Below, one piece after another: positions 37,521 to 48,092 of a stretch of 64,000 nucleotides of DNA. Under the pieces are notes generated by a model. It saw nothing but the letters and a program-made list of their open reading frames with translations. It was not told the DNA's origin and ran no database searches. The stretch's first letter is position 1. Each line of letters starts with the position of its first letter. Origin of the DNA: Candidatus Uhrbacteria bacterium RIFCSPLOWO2_01_FULL_47_17 (GTDB taxonomy: Bacteria > Patescibacteriota > Patescibacteriia > UBA9934 > GWF2-40-263); the NCBI GenBank assembly GCA_001791305.1, contig MGEI01000004.1:61101-125100 (forward strand), in the 5' to 3' direction. The position numbers and the translations under genes are program-made.

Positions 37521-38810
37521 ATGTCCGCAAAGCATCTGTTCAAAAATTATTCTTCCATTGCGACAACAGGTTTGCGTCGTGACGCACTTGCGATTGTAGA
37601 AGCGGGATTACGTGCGGTTGAAACGCAAGCTGCGGTTCATCAAGCTGTCTCGCTCAAGAAAGATGTTTTAAAAATGGGAGACAAAACGTTTTCTTTGAAA
37701 TCGTATCGTCGGGTGTTTGTTGTTGGAATTGGAAAAGCGGCGCTTGAAGCCGCGAAGGCTCTCGAGGAAATTCTTGGGGATCGAATTCAGGACGGAATTG
37801 TGCTTGATGTGAAGCAAGGAAAATTAAAACGGATGAAAAGTATCGCGGGCACACATCCATTTCCGAGTTATGAAAACATTCGTGCGACCGGAGAAATTGT
37901 TGGATTGTTGAAAGCGGTTGATTCGCAAGATCTCGTTATTGCCATCATTTCGGGTGGAGGCTCTGCACTCCTGTGCTGGCCGCATCAACTCGAGTGTGGA
38001 GATTTGACCGCCATGACGCGTGTCCTTATGCAAAAAGGTGCAACCATTCACGAGATGAACACGGTGCGTAAACACACCTCCGATATTCAAGGGGGACAAT
38101 TCGTTCGACTTGCATATCCTGCCACGATCGCAGGACTCATTTTTTCCGACGTGCCTGGCGATGAATTAAGTTTGGTGGCAAGCGGCCCGACGTTTCTTGA
38201 TACATCTACCGCCAAAGACGCAAAACGGATTTTGGAAAAATACCACGTGCTTTCCATGTGTAAATTGCCGGAATGTCACTTGGTCGAAACACCAAAAGAT
38301 CCGTCCCTTTTTACGCACGTCACAAACAGGTCGGTTGTTTCAAATGCGCACGCAACCGCCGCGATGATGAAACAAGCAAAGACGCTCGGATACAAACCAG
38401 TTTTGTATTCAAACAAGCTTGAAGGGGAAGCGCATGAAAAGGGAAAAATGTTTGCAGGACTTGTGAAGCCGGGCGAAGTATTGATTGCGGGGGGAGAGAC
38501 AACGGTTCACGTTCGTGGAAAAGGGAATGGTGGGCGTAATCAAGAATTTGCCCTCGGAGCACTCGGTTCGATTGGGGAAGATGCGCTCGTCCTTTCCTGT
38601 GCGTCCGATGGGATTGATCACTCGTCTGTTGCCGGTGCATTTGTGGACGTAAACGTTCGAGCAAAAGCAAAAATACTCGGGCTGAAACCGGAAACATATC
38701 TTGCAAAAAATAACTCGTACAATTTTTTTCAGAAGACAAAGTCGTATCTCGATACGGGAGTGATGGGGATGAATGTGTCGGATTTGATGCTTGCGATGCG
38801 TGTACGGTGA
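37521..38810 (+). CDS. Glycerate 2-kinase (MOFRL family)
   Basis: GIGKAA, SGGGSAL, GGETTV, GGRNQE, SDGID. Confidence 0.9.
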   Translation: MSAKHLFKNYSSIATTGLRRDALAIVEAGLRAVETQAAVHQAVSLKKDVLKMGDKTFSLKSYRRVFVVGIGKAALEAAKALEEILGDRIQDGIVLDVKQGKLKRMKSIAGTHPFPSYENIRATGEIVGLLKAVDSQDLVIAIISGGGSALLCWPHQLECGDLTAMTRVLMQKGATIHEMNTVRKHTSDIQGGQFVRLAYPATIAGLIFSDVPGDELSLVASGPTFLDTSTAKDAKRILEKYHVLSMCKLPECHLVETPKDPSLFTHVTNRSVVSNAHATAAMMKQAKTLGYKPVLYSNKLEGEAHEKGKMFAGLVKPGEVLIAGGETTVHVRGKGNGGRNQEFALGALGSIGEDALVLSCASDGIDHSSVAGAFVDVNVRAKAKILGLKPETYLAKNNSYNFFQKTKSYLDTGVMGMNVSDLMLAMRVR

Positions 38811-38880
38811 ACTTGCAGTACATCGTCGACTACGCCAAAACGAAACGTGCTGTGCAGGGAGGAGTAGGGCGTGCGATAAC

Positions 38881-38946
38881 AAAAAATACGGCCAATAGAT
38901 GGGAGGGAGTCCGCGACCGGGTCCCGTCTATTGGCCGTATTTTTTT
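38881..38946. terminator. Long bidirectional hairpin between convergent genes
   Basis: aaaaaatacggccaatagatggga / tcccgtctattggccgtatttttt. Confidence 0.7.
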
Positions 38947-38976
38947 GTTGTCGCTAAGCCCGTACTCTCTGTGCAT

Positions 38977-40302
38977 TTATTTTCCCCGGAGAAAAAAGAC
39001 GTGTGCAATCGTTTTTAAAAGAATTTCCATGTCGAAGAGGAAGGATCTGTGTTTCAAGTAGTAGAGATCGTATTGCAGTTTGCGTTTGGATTCCGTTGCG
39101 TTGCCGGCGTACACATGAAGCTGTGCCCATCCAATAAGGCCCGGGCGAATCGCGTGGCGCGATTCGAAGTAGGGAATTTCATCTCGGAGTTGCTCGACGA
39201 TTCCCGCTTGTTCTGGACGTGGGCCAATGAGGCTCATGTCACCACGCAGGATGTTGATCCATTGCGGAAGCTCGTCGAGGCGTGTTGTGCGTAGGAATCT
39301 CCCAACAACGGTGACGCGCGGATCGTGATCGGATGTCCAAGTATTGTTTGGGGTTCCCGCATGCATGGTTCGGTATTTGTAAATGGTGAATGGGGTGCCG
39401 TTTACAGAGAGGCGTGTTTGGGTGAAAAAGATTTTTCCGCGGTCGGAGAGTTTGATGAGAAGAGCGATGGGGAGAAAGGTGAGGAGGAACACGCTCGCAA
39501 TAAGAAGCGAAAAGAGGATATCAAGCACGCGTTTGATCATGGGGTAAAAACCCACTTGGTCTCGATGTGTATGTTCAAGAAGCCACCAGTCGTTGAGGTT
39601 GCTTGTGTAGACGCAACGAAACACATCTTCGTAAAAATCATCGAATCGGATAAATGTTGCTCCGTGGGAATGAAGGTGAGCAAAGAGTTTAAGTGTTTGA
39701 TCGGAAAAGGATGTGTTTGCCGGAACGACAAAGACGAGGGATTGATGTGCACGGTGTGTTTTTTCGATGAGGGTGAGGAGGGCGGAATCAGGAACAGAAT
39801 GAACGGTAAAAATATTCGTCATGTCATCAAGTTCTTTTTTACATGCGTTATATTCTTGTTCGAGATTGATAAAGTACACTTCCTGACGAGTAATATGTTT
39901 TGTGATCGATCGAATGAAGAATTGCCAAAGGGTTGAGAAGAGAAGAATGTAAAGGGTGTCGACGAGCAAGAATCGTCGTGGGGTGATGATGAGGTTTGGT
40001 TGAAGATAGAAAAAAACAATCGCGACAACAAAACCGAGCGCGTTTGCACCAATGAGGGCAGAAAAGAGATCGATGGGACGTTTATGTGTTTTAAGATCGA
40101 AGAGACCAAAGGCGTAAGAAAGAATGAGCCAGATAAGAGCAATCGTGCCAAAAAGAAAAACGTGTGCTTGAAGTTGTTCTTCCGAAAGTCCTGTGGGGAA
40201 TCGCCACAAAATGGTGAGCCATAAACTGATAGCAAAAATTATCATCGTAGGAAGGACGAGAAAGATGAGATGAATCCAGACGTTTTTATGTGTGAGAGAC
40301 AT
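38977..40302 (-). CDS. Priming polyprenyl glycosylphosphotransferase (WcaJ/WbaP-like)
   Basis: KYRTM, RLDELPQ, MSLIGPRPE, YDLYY. Confidence 0.92.
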   Translation of the reverse strand: MSLTHKNVWIHLIFLVLPTMIIFAISLWLTILWRFPTGLSEEQLQAHVFLFGTIALIWLILSYAFGLFDLKTHKRPIDLFSALIGANALGFVVAIVFFYLQPNLIITPRRFLLVDTLYILLFSTLWQFFIRSITKHITRQEVYFINLEQEYNACKKELDDMTNIFTVHSVPDSALLTLIEKTHRAHQSLVFVVPANTSFSDQTLKLFAHLHSHGATFIRFDDFYEDVFRCVYTSNLNDWWLLEHTHRDQVGFYPMIKRVLDILFSLLIASVFLLTFLPIALLIKLSDRGKIFFTQTRLSVNGTPFTIYKYRTMHAGTPNNTWTSDHDPRVTVVGRFLRTTRLDELPQWINILRGDMSLIGPRPEQAGIVEQLRDEIPYFESRHAIRPGLIGWAQLHVYAGNATESKRKLQYDLYYLKHRSFLFDMEILLKTIAHVFFLRGK

Positions 40303-40395
40303 AGATTGATGTGTTCTATCATACCGTGAAAAAATTGGGTATGATAGGGGGCACATTGACGATTGCTCGCAATCTGTTTAAATGTGCTCGTATTT

Positions 40396-41424
40396 ATGAA
40401 AAAAGCGTTTATCACAGGTATCACCGGGCAAGACGGGTCATATCTCGCGGAATTGTTGTTGGAGAAAGGGTATGAGGTGCATGGTATGATTCGCCGTTCG
40501 AGCAGTTTTAACACAAATCGAATTAATCACATTTATCAAGATTTGCATCAGCGCGATCTTCGTTTAATGTTGCATTATGGTGATTTGTCTGATGCCAGCA
40601 TTGTAAGTCGGCTTTTACAAAAAATTCAACCGGATGAAATTTATAATCTGGGCGCACAAAGCCATGTGCAAGTAAGTTTTGAATTACCAGAATATACAGG
40701 AAATGTTGATGCACTCGGCACACTTCGTATTTTAGATGCCATACGAGATCTCGGTATCCCTTCAAAATATTATCAAGCAGGATCTTCCGAAATGTTTGGC
40801 AAGGTCTTGGAGACACCACAAAAAGAGACGACTCCATTTTACCCGCGCAGTCCATATGGATGTGCAAAAGTGTATGCGCATCATCTTACTGTGAATTATC
40901 GCGAAGCACATGGTATTTTTGCTTGTAACGGAATTTTATTCAATCATGAATCGCCGCGTCGAGGTGGAACATTTGTAACAAAAAAAATCATTGACGCATT
41001 GAAAGAGATCCAAGCTGGCAAACAAGAGAGAATTTTTCTTGGGAATTTAAATGCACTGCGTGACTGGGGGTATGCAAAAGATTATGTGGAAGCTATGTGG
41101 CTCATGTTACAACAAGAACAAGCTGACGATTATGTAATTGCCACAGGTGAAACACATAGTGTTCGTGAATTTGTGGAGGTCGCCGCAAAACATTTTGGAA
41201 TGAATATAATTTGGCAGGGATTTGGAATGGAAGAAAAAGGAATCGATGCAACGTCAGGAAAAATCATTGTGGAGATTGATGCACGTTATTTTCGACCATC
41301 CGAGGTTGAGACATTATTAGGTGATGCACGGAAAGCGCATGAAAAATTAGGTTGGAAGCCAAAAGTTGGATTTCAAGAATTGATCAAAATCATGATCGAT
41401 GATGAATTACATGTTAGAACGTAA
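40396..41424 (+). CDS. gmd: GDP-mannose 4,6-dehydratase
   Basis: [28 protein letters not shown]. Confidence 0.97.
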   Translation: MKKAFITGITGQDGSYLAELLLEKGYEVHGMIRRSSSFNTNRINHIYQDLHQRDLRLMLHYGDLSDASIVSRLLQKIQPDEIYNLGAQSHVQVSFELPEYTGNVDALGTLRILDAIRDLGIPSKYYQAGSSEMFGKVLETPQKETTPFYPRSPYGCAKVYAHHLTVNYREAHGIFACNGILFNHESPRRGGTFVTKKIIDALKEIQAGKQERIFLGNLNALRDWGYAKDYVEAMWLMLQQEQADDYVIATGETHSVREFVEVAAKHFGMNIIWQGFGMEEKGIDATSGKIIVEIDARYFRPSEVETLLGDARKAHEKLGWKPKVGFQELIKIMIDDELHVRT

Positions 41425-41426
41425 AT

Positions 41427-42593
41427 ATGATTCAGCTCATAAAATCTTCCTTTTATCAAGAGCATGAAACAAAGCAAAAGCTTGCTGAGTTTATCGTATC
41501 TGCGCAGATCTTGAGCATGGGTGAACAATGTCGATCGTTTGAAGAAAAATTTGCACAAAAACAGAGGCGAAAATTTGCTGTTTATGTTAGCAGTGGCAGT
41601 ATGGCAAATCTCGTCCTAATTCAATCACTTCGTAATTTAGGTATTTTAAAGGTGGGGGATCGAGTAGGATTTTCTGCATTAACATGGCCAACCAACGTCA
41701 TGCCACTTTTTCAATTGGGTCTTATTCCTGTCCCAATCGACTGTCGATTAGAGACCTTGAATGTATCTCCCATGGAATTAGGAAAACATTTGGAACATTT
41801 GGATGCTCTTTTTTTGACGAACGTATTAGGATTTTCGGATGATGTATCGCGCATAAAATCGATGTGTGCTCAAAAGAATATTGTGTTGATTGAAGATAAT
41901 TGTGAATCGCTCGGATCCATGGTTGATGGGATATGTTTGGGTAATTTTGGACTTGCTTCAACATTTTCATTTTTTGTCGGTCATCATCTATCTACAATCG
42001 AAGGCGGAATGATTTGTACGGATGATGAAGATCTTTATCACATGCTTGTGATGACTCGAGCACATGGATGGGACCGCAATCTCTCAAAAGAGAAACAAGA
42101 TAATTTGAGAAAGATAAATGGCATTGATGCATTTTTTTCAAAATATGTTTTTCATGATTTGGCCTTTAATGCAAGACCTACAGAAATAAACGGATTTTTG
42201 GGATGTGTACAAATTGATTTTTGGGATGAAATCGTTCAAAAACGAGCAAATAATTTTCAACTGTTTGTTGATGTGTTGAATCAGAACTCTGATTTCATTC
42301 CACTAAACGTTCATCACATGGATCTTGTTTCAAATTTTGCTATGCCAGTTGTGTGCCGGACAAAAGAACTATCTGATGCATACAAGAAATTGTTTTTAGA
42401 TATGGATGTCGAAATTCGTCCGGTGATTGCGGGAGACATGACAAAACAAATTTTTTATAAGAAACACGCACACACGGCAATGGTGTGCCCAAATTCAGAG
42501 TTGGTTCATCAGAATGGTTTTTATTTTGGCAATAATCCTGAAATGACAACAGAAGAATTAAGTCAACTTACACAACTATTACGTAAAAAATAG
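41427..42593 (+). CDS. DegT-family PLP enzyme, ColD-like 3-dehydratase
   Basis: SFFVGHHLSTIEGG has His in place of the Schiff-base Lys; lies between gmd and fcl. Confidence 0.8.
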   Translation: MIQLIKSSFYQEHETKQKLAEFIVSAQILSMGEQCRSFEEKFAQKQRRKFAVYVSSGSMANLVLIQSLRNLGILKVGDRVGFSALTWPTNVMPLFQLGLIPVPIDCRLETLNVSPMELGKHLEHLDALFLTNVLGFSDDVSRIKSMCAQKNIVLIEDNCESLGSMVDGICLGNFGLASTFSFFVGHHLSTIEGGMICTDDEDLYHMLVMTRAHGWDRNLSKEKQDNLRKINGIDAFFSKYVFHDLAFNARPTEINGFLGCVQIDFWDEIVQKRANNFQLFVDVLNQNSDFIPLNVHHMDLVSNFAMPVVCRTKELSDAYKKLFLDMDVEIRPVIAGDMTKQIFYKKHAHTAMVCPNSELVHQNGFYFGNNPEMTTEELSQLTQLLRKK

Positions 42594-42596
42594 TGT

Positions 42597-43547
42597 ATGC
42601 TTGATGTGCAGACAAAAATATTCGTTGCAGGACATCGGGGGCTTGTCGGCTCCGCGCTTGTTCGAGCCCTTGAAAGAAATGGGCATATGAATATTATTGT
42701 GCGTACAAGGTCTGAATTAGATCTGATGGACCCTGAAGCGGTTCAGTTCTTTTTTCAAACGGAGAAGCCTCAGGTGGTTATTGATGCTGCCGCGAAGGTG
42801 GGAGGTATTATGGCAAATATTCAAGCCCCCGCAGATTTTATTTTCCAAAATTTGCAAATACAAAATAATTTGATTCACGGGGCATACAAAAATGGTGTTA
42901 AAAAATTTGTTTTTTTGGGATCGTCTTGTATCTACCCACGTTTATCTCAACAACCAATGAAAGAGGAATATTTCATGACCGGTCCACTTGAGCCTACAAA
43001 TGAGGCATATGCCATCGCAAAGATTGCTGGAATAAACATGTGTCAATCATACAACAAGCAATATGGCACAGATTTTATATCCTTGATGCCAACGAATATT
43101 TATGGATTTCAAGATAATTTCAGTCTTGAAACAGGGCACGCACTTCAAGCAATGATGCATCGATTTCATAAAGCAAAGATGGAACAAGTTCCGTTCATTA
43201 CGCTTTGGGGTAGCGGAGAAGTGTATCGTGAATTTATGTTTTCAGACGATGCTGCTGATGCGATATTGTTTCTTGCGAACAATTATTCAGGTAGTGAGAT
43301 TGTAAATATTGGAACGGGAGTTGATGTGCAAATCAAGGAACTCGCAGAAATCATCAAACGAGTCGTTGGTTATCAGGGAGAAATTCAGTGGGACTTAACA
43401 AAACCAGAAGGTATGCCAAGAAAATTGATGGACGTGCAGAAATTGAATAATTTAGGATGGAAACACACACGTTCTCTCGAGGAGGGTATAATACAAACAT
43501 ACAAGTGGTTTCTTGAAAATGCTGCGTGTAATGTATCTGTCAATTAA
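42597..43547 (+). CDS. fcl: GDP-L-fucose synthase/ColC-like epimerase-reductase
   Basis: GHRGLVGS, AAKVGGI, LGSSCIYP, YAIAK. Confidence 0.92.
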   Translation: MLDVQTKIFVAGHRGLVGSALVRALERNGHMNIIVRTRSELDLMDPEAVQFFFQTEKPQVVIDAAAKVGGIMANIQAPADFIFQNLQIQNNLIHGAYKNGVKKFVFLGSSCIYPRLSQQPMKEEYFMTGPLEPTNEAYAIAKIAGINMCQSYNKQYGTDFISLMPTNIYGFQDNFSLETGHALQAMMHRFHKAKMEQVPFITLWGSGEVYREFMFSDDAADAILFLANNYSGSEIVNIGTGVDVQIKELAEIIKRVVGYQGEIQWDLTKPEGMPRKLMDVQKLNNLGWKHTRSLEEGIIQTYKWFLENAACNVSVN

Positions 43548-43556
43548 ATTTTCATT

Positions 43557-44375
43557 ATGGATATACTGATCCGTCCAACAACACAGTGGTGGAAATTTGA
43601 TTGGAAGGAATTCTGGCAGTTTCGAGATTTGTTTTATTTTTTTGCATGGCGGGATATTAAGGTTCGCTATAAACAAACAGCCATTGGTGCACTTTGGGCC
43701 GTGTTTCAACCATTTGTGACCATGGTTGTGTTCACAATCTTTTTTGGAAATCTGGCAAAAATCTCATCGGATGGAATTCCATATCCAATTTTTGTGTACG
43801 TCGGACTTTTATTTTGGACCTTGTTTAGCGCAGGTTTATCCGATGTGAGTAATACATTCATTGGAAATCAAAACATCATCACCAAAGTTTACTTTCCACG
43901 CATTATTTTGACATTTACGAGTTTGACAACATCGATAATTGATTTTTTTGTGGCCTGTATTGTTCTTATTGGAATGATGATTTGGTATCACTTTATTCCA
44001 TCGACAATTGCGTTAATTTTTATTCCGTTTTTATTTGTCATCACATTTTTAACGACAGTGGGAATCGGGTTGTTTTTTTCTTCTTTTAATGTGAAATACC
44101 GAGATGTGCGTTTTATTTTACCGTTTTTCATACAACTTCTTTTGTTTTTGACCCCAGTCATCTACCCTGTAAGTCTTGTGTCTCCTGAGTGGCGTTGGGT
44201 TCTAGGATTCAATCCAATGTCCGGTGTGATTGATACAGCGCGTGTTGTACTTCTCGGAGTTGGTCATGTTGATTGGCTACTTTTAAGCATTTCGATGTTT
44301 GTGAGTGTGGTCTATTGCTTGATTGGATACGGGTATTTCAAGGGGACCGAACGTTATTTTGCAGATGTGATTTAA
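43557..44375 (+). CDS. wzm: ABC-2 polysaccharide export permease
   Basis: RDIKVRYKQT.IG.LW, KVYFPR. Confidence 0.92.
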   Translation: MDILIRPTTQWWKFDWKEFWQFRDLFYFFAWRDIKVRYKQTAIGALWAVFQPFVTMVVFTIFFGNLAKISSDGIPYPIFVYVGLLFWTLFSAGLSDVSNTFIGNQNIITKVYFPRIILTFTSLTTSIIDFFVACIVLIGMMIWYHFIPSTIALIFIPFLFVITFLTTVGIGLFFSSFNVKYRDVRFILPFFIQLLLFLTPVIYPVSLVSPEWRWVLGFNPMSGVIDTARVVLLGVGHVDWLLLSISMFVSVVYCLIGYGYFKGTERYFADVI

Positions 44376-44399
44376 CTGATTGTTTTATTTCTCTTTATT

Positions 44400-45614
44400 A
44401 TGTCTGCAATTATTGAAGTGAATAACTTAGGAAAAAAATACTTAATTGGTGAGAAGGAACGTTATTTAGCGTTGCGCGATAAGTTGGCACACCCAATAAA
44501 AGCACTCAAAAATACTCGGTCGAGTGAAGTATTTTGGGCACTTAGTGATATAAGTTTTTCTGTCGAGAAAGGCGAAGTGTTAGGTATTATTGGAAAAAAT
44601 GGTTCTGGAAAAAGTACATTGTTAAAAATTTTGTCTAAAATTACTCCTCCAACAACAGGGGAAGTTTGTTTGCGTGGACGTGTTGGTAGTCTACTAGAAG
44701 TAGGCACAGGATTTCATCCTGAACTTACTGGTCGAGAGAATATTTATTTAAGTGGATCGATTCTTGGAATGCGTAAAAAAGAGATAGATAAAAAATTCGA
44801 GGAAATCGTAAATTTTTCTGGTGTGGAGGCATTTCTTGATACGCCGATTAAACGTTATTCATCCGGAATGTCTGTTCGACTCGGATTTGCGGTTGCGGCT
44901 CATCTTGAGCCAGAGATTTTGTTAGTGGACGAAGTTTTGGCTGTTGGGGATGCAGAATTTCAAAAAAAGTGTTTAGGAAAAATGGGGGAGATTACAAAAC
45001 AGGGTGCGCGAACAATCATTTTTATAAGTCATAACATGGCGGCGATTAATCAGTTGTGCGACAGGGTTCTTTTGTTAGAAAATGGACATATTAAAAAAAA
45101 TGATACTCCCGAAAGTGTCGTGAGTGAATACCTTCGTGATTTGACACATCAAGGTGGTATTTGGGAACGCACATCATCCAAAACAGTAGCTGAAGATCAT
45201 TTTGTGAAATCTGTTATTTTACAAAACAGTAAAAAAATTAATACAAGAGTTTTTTTTGCTAACGAATCTATTCGGATACAATGTTGCATTGTAAGCAAGA
45301 AGCAGGAAAATATATTTTTGGCAGTCGGTATTCGTGATGTGCTCTCAAATCAAATCATTCATCTGAATAGTAAAAATCAGAAAGAAAAATTACAGACGAA
45401 GGCGGGCAAGAATATGTTTCAAGTAGAATTTGAAAATATTTTAAGTGCAGGTGAATATTATGTGACCGTATGGATTGGAGATGCGAGTTTTGTAACGCAA
45501 GATTATGTGAGAGATTGTATTTCATTTTCGGTAGATCTGTCGAATTTGGATACGAGCTATCATTTTGGATCTGTTATTGTTCCAGCGACATGGTCAATGG
45601 TTCATTTAGATTAG
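44400..45614 (+). CDS. wzt: Polysaccharide ABC exporter ATPase with C-terminal domain
   Basis: GKNGSGKST, YSSGM, DEVLAVGD. Confidence 0.93.
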   Translation: MSAIIEVNNLGKKYLIGEKERYLALRDKLAHPIKALKNTRSSEVFWALSDISFSVEKGEVLGIIGKNGSGKSTLLKILSKITPPTTGEVCLRGRVGSLLEVGTGFHPELTGRENIYLSGSILGMRKKEIDKKFEEIVNFSGVEAFLDTPIKRYSSGMSVRLGFAVAAHLEPEILLVDEVLAVGDAEFQKKCLGKMGEITKQGARTIIFISHNMAAINQLCDRVLLLENGHIKKNDTPESVVSEYLRDLTHQGGIWERTSSKTVAEDHFVKSVILQNSKKINTRVFFANESIRIQCCIVSKKQENIFLAVGIRDVLSNQIIHLNSKNQKEKLQTKAGKNMFQVEFENILSAGEYYVTVWIGDASFVTQDYVRDCISFSVDLSNLDTSYHFGSVIVPATWSMVHLD

Positions 45615-45662
45615 AGTTAGAAATATTGATTCGTTAAGAATTATTTTGGGTGAGCACAATTT

Positions 45663-46604
45663 ATGGCATTTAAAAAAGGCGCCCAGAGACCATTCCGTTT
45701 TCATTTTTTTACGGTTTGGTCACACGGACTTTTTCACATCGATGAAATACTTTCTCTTTTACGCAAGGATGAGAATATTGAAATTCTTCGTATTGAGAGA
45801 AATACATTTAAAAATATACGTCGTTTCATTTTTGATTTTTATGGAAGTGATGCGGTTCCTGTTTCGCATTTGAGAGCAAAATTAGCGTATCTGTTCCAAC
45901 AACGAGGACCAAAGGAGGTAATTAATATTTTTGTAAAAAATTACAATCCGCAGGAAGTCTGGGTTGGTTCTCATCCGTTTCGCAAGGAGCAGTGTCAGTA
46001 TATTGTGGAAATAAAAAAACAGATTCGTAATTTATACAATCCAAAAGCGAAGGATCCAAATTTCTGCGTATTCCCCCTTGATAAAGGAGTTTCGCATGAA
46101 CACATGATTCACGCGTCTGATCGCGAGGAGCAGGTGGATTATTATTTGAAACTATTAGGCCATAAAAACGGAATCGAAACTATCGTCAATGACGATAAGG
46201 GTCTCTTATTTGAAAAACCCTATCATATTCATAGACCTGTACAGTATTCTTTTCATCGGCTCCCCATCCATGCACTTTTGGCGAGTATTCTTACGGAAGA
46301 AAAAGGTGTAAGTAAAAAACTTGTGCCAATTATCGATACTCCTCATTTTAAAGGGTTACAAATAGACAGCTTGTATTATAAAAAATACTTAGAGACATTT
46401 CGATTCAGCTATTTGTGCGATGACTATTCGTTGGAGCGGTTTATGCAAGGAAAAAAGATGACAAAGGCAGAGCTTTTGCAACTGCCTCCCATTTTAGTAA
46501 AATCATTAGACAATGGGAAATTTCAGGTATTAGATGGTGTTCATCGTGCGTCTCTGTTACTTTTTGCTGAGATCGAAAAAATAAAATGTGTTCTGTATGA
46601 ATAG
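45663..46604 (+). CDS. Hypothetical protein: possible NDK-like region plus ParB/Srx-like C-terminus
   Basis: IHASD motif; ILV...VLDGVHRA. Confidence 0.5.
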   Translation: MAFKKGAQRPFRFHFFTVWSHGLFHIDEILSLLRKDENIEILRIERNTFKNIRRFIFDFYGSDAVPVSHLRAKLAYLFQQRGPKEVINIFVKNYNPQEVWVGSHPFRKEQCQYIVEIKKQIRNLYNPKAKDPNFCVFPLDKGVSHEHMIHASDREEQVDYYLKLLGHKNGIETIVNDDKGLLFEKPYHIHRPVQYSFHRLPIHALLASILTEEKGVSKKLVPIIDTPHFKGLQIDSLYYKKYLETFRFSYLCDDYSLERFMQGKKMTKAELLQLPPILVKSLDNGKFQVLDGVHRASLLLFAEIEKIKCVLYE

Positions 46605-47262
46605 TTCCACCCCCATTTCGCTTATTTCTATCCTACAGGTTCTCGGTGATGATTATGTTCTCTTAAAAAAGAATGTTGATTTTCCATTGTTTGTTCCAGG
46701 AAGTGATATTGATATTTTAGTAGTCGATCGTTTTATTGCCTCTCGTAGCTTGTGTCAATATTTGCAAGAAAATTTGTCTTTAGAAGACACGTTTGTACAT
46801 ATACAGGAAGAGGCTCAGCATCTATTTGTTGATGTTATACGAGATAATAAACTATGGATTCGAATAGATCTTATAGATCAATTCGGGTATTTTAGGCGTT
46901 TTTCTGTACAGGAATCTTTAAAGATTCAACTTTTTCGTTCCAAAATTAGTTTGAGTGTTGATGGTGCGCGTATTTTTGTTCCATCCAATGAGTTCGATAT
47001 TTTGATGAGATACATGGAATATCTTGAATGGTTTGAAATACGCCCAGATAAGATTAAACATCTCGAATATATTTTACAATGTTCAAATGAACAAGAGCAG
47101 AAGCAATTGATCGATCATTTGCACCAATATATTTCGCTTTTTCATAAAAAATGGCAGGGGGATGTTCCTCAACGCGAGAATAGAATAAAGAGGTTTGCAA
47201 AATACATAATACGATTTTATCGACGAATTTCGCACATCATTTTGCGTATCCGAAATAAATAA
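46597..47262 (+). CDS. Putative nucleotidyltransferase
   Basis: GSDIDILV motif; start overlaps the end of the upstream gene. Confidence 0.6.
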   Translation: MNSSTPISLISILQVLGDDYVLLKKNVDFPLFVPGSDIDILVVDRFIASRSLCQYLQENLSLEDTFVHIQEEAQHLFVDVIRDNKLWIRIDLIDQFGYFRRFSVQESLKIQLFRSKISLSVDGARIFVPSNEFDILMRYMEYLEWFEIRPDKIKHLEYILQCSNEQEQKQLIDHLHQYISLFHKKWQGDVPQRENRIKRFAKYIIRFYRRISHIILRIRNK

Positions 47263-47274
47263 CGGATCATTTTT

Positions 47275-48090
47275 ATGATGTATTCATTAAAGATTTTTTG
47301 TGACTGGATGCTGCCCATCGAATTAGAGTTCGATGAGCCAGTAGAGTTGTATGTTGATAAAATTCACGTTGATGTTTCGTTGTGTAAAAAAATTCTCTTG
47401 CTTGTTGAGCCAGATGAGTTGACCCGTTTTTCCGATTGGGTTATTCAGAATCATTCGTACTATCATGCGATCTTGACGCACGAAGAGAAAATATTGAATG
47501 CATGCCCCAACGCACATCTGATGGTATTTGGGCCACCATGGGTTCATTCATATGCGTTTCCGCAAAAAACGTTCGGCGTTTCAACGGTCGTTGGGTTAAA
47601 AAAACAACTGCCAGGACATTGGTTGCGACTTGCATTATGGAGGCGGCAAGAGGAAATATTGATCCCAAAAAAATTTTATACGAGCGAACGAGGGGGTAAG
47701 ATTTTTTGGCGTCTTATGCATCGGATCAAAAACGTTCATATGCCTCTGCTCGGCGAAAGTAAACTCCCTTTATTTGATGCGCAATTTCATATTGCGATTG
47801 AAAATTGTAAAAAAACTTATTGGTTCACAGAAAAATTAACAGATTGTTTTCAAACAAAAACAATTCCTATTTATTGGGGATGTCCCAACATTGGAAATTA
47901 TTTTGATATGCGAGGCATGATTTTGGTAGAGAGTGTTGACGATATTATTGTTGAATGTAACAAGCTCACACCAAGTACGTATGAACAAATGTTGAAATAT
48001 GCGAATGCTAATTATGAAACATCTCTGCGCTATGTTGATTTTGCAGGACGTGTAAAAGAAAAGATTCAAATAGTGATGTCTGTGGAATAG
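47275..48090 (+). CDS. GT10-like (fucosyltransferase-type) glycosyltransferase
   Basis: FHIAIEN...YWFTEKL..CF..KTIPIYWG. Confidence 0.75.
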   Translation: MMYSLKIFCDWMLPIELEFDEPVELYVDKIHVDVSLCKKILLLVEPDELTRFSDWVIQNHSYYHAILTHEEKILNACPNAHLMVFGPPWVHSYAFPQKTFGVSTVVGLKKQLPGHWLRLALWRRQEEILIPKKFYTSERGGKIFWRLMHRIKNVHMPLLGESKLPLFDAQFHIAIENCKKTYWFTEKLTDCFQTKTIPIYWGCPNIGNYFDMRGMILVESVDDIIVECNKLTPSTYEQMLKYANANYETSLRYVDFAGRVKEKIQIVMSVE

Positions 48091-48092
48091 AT

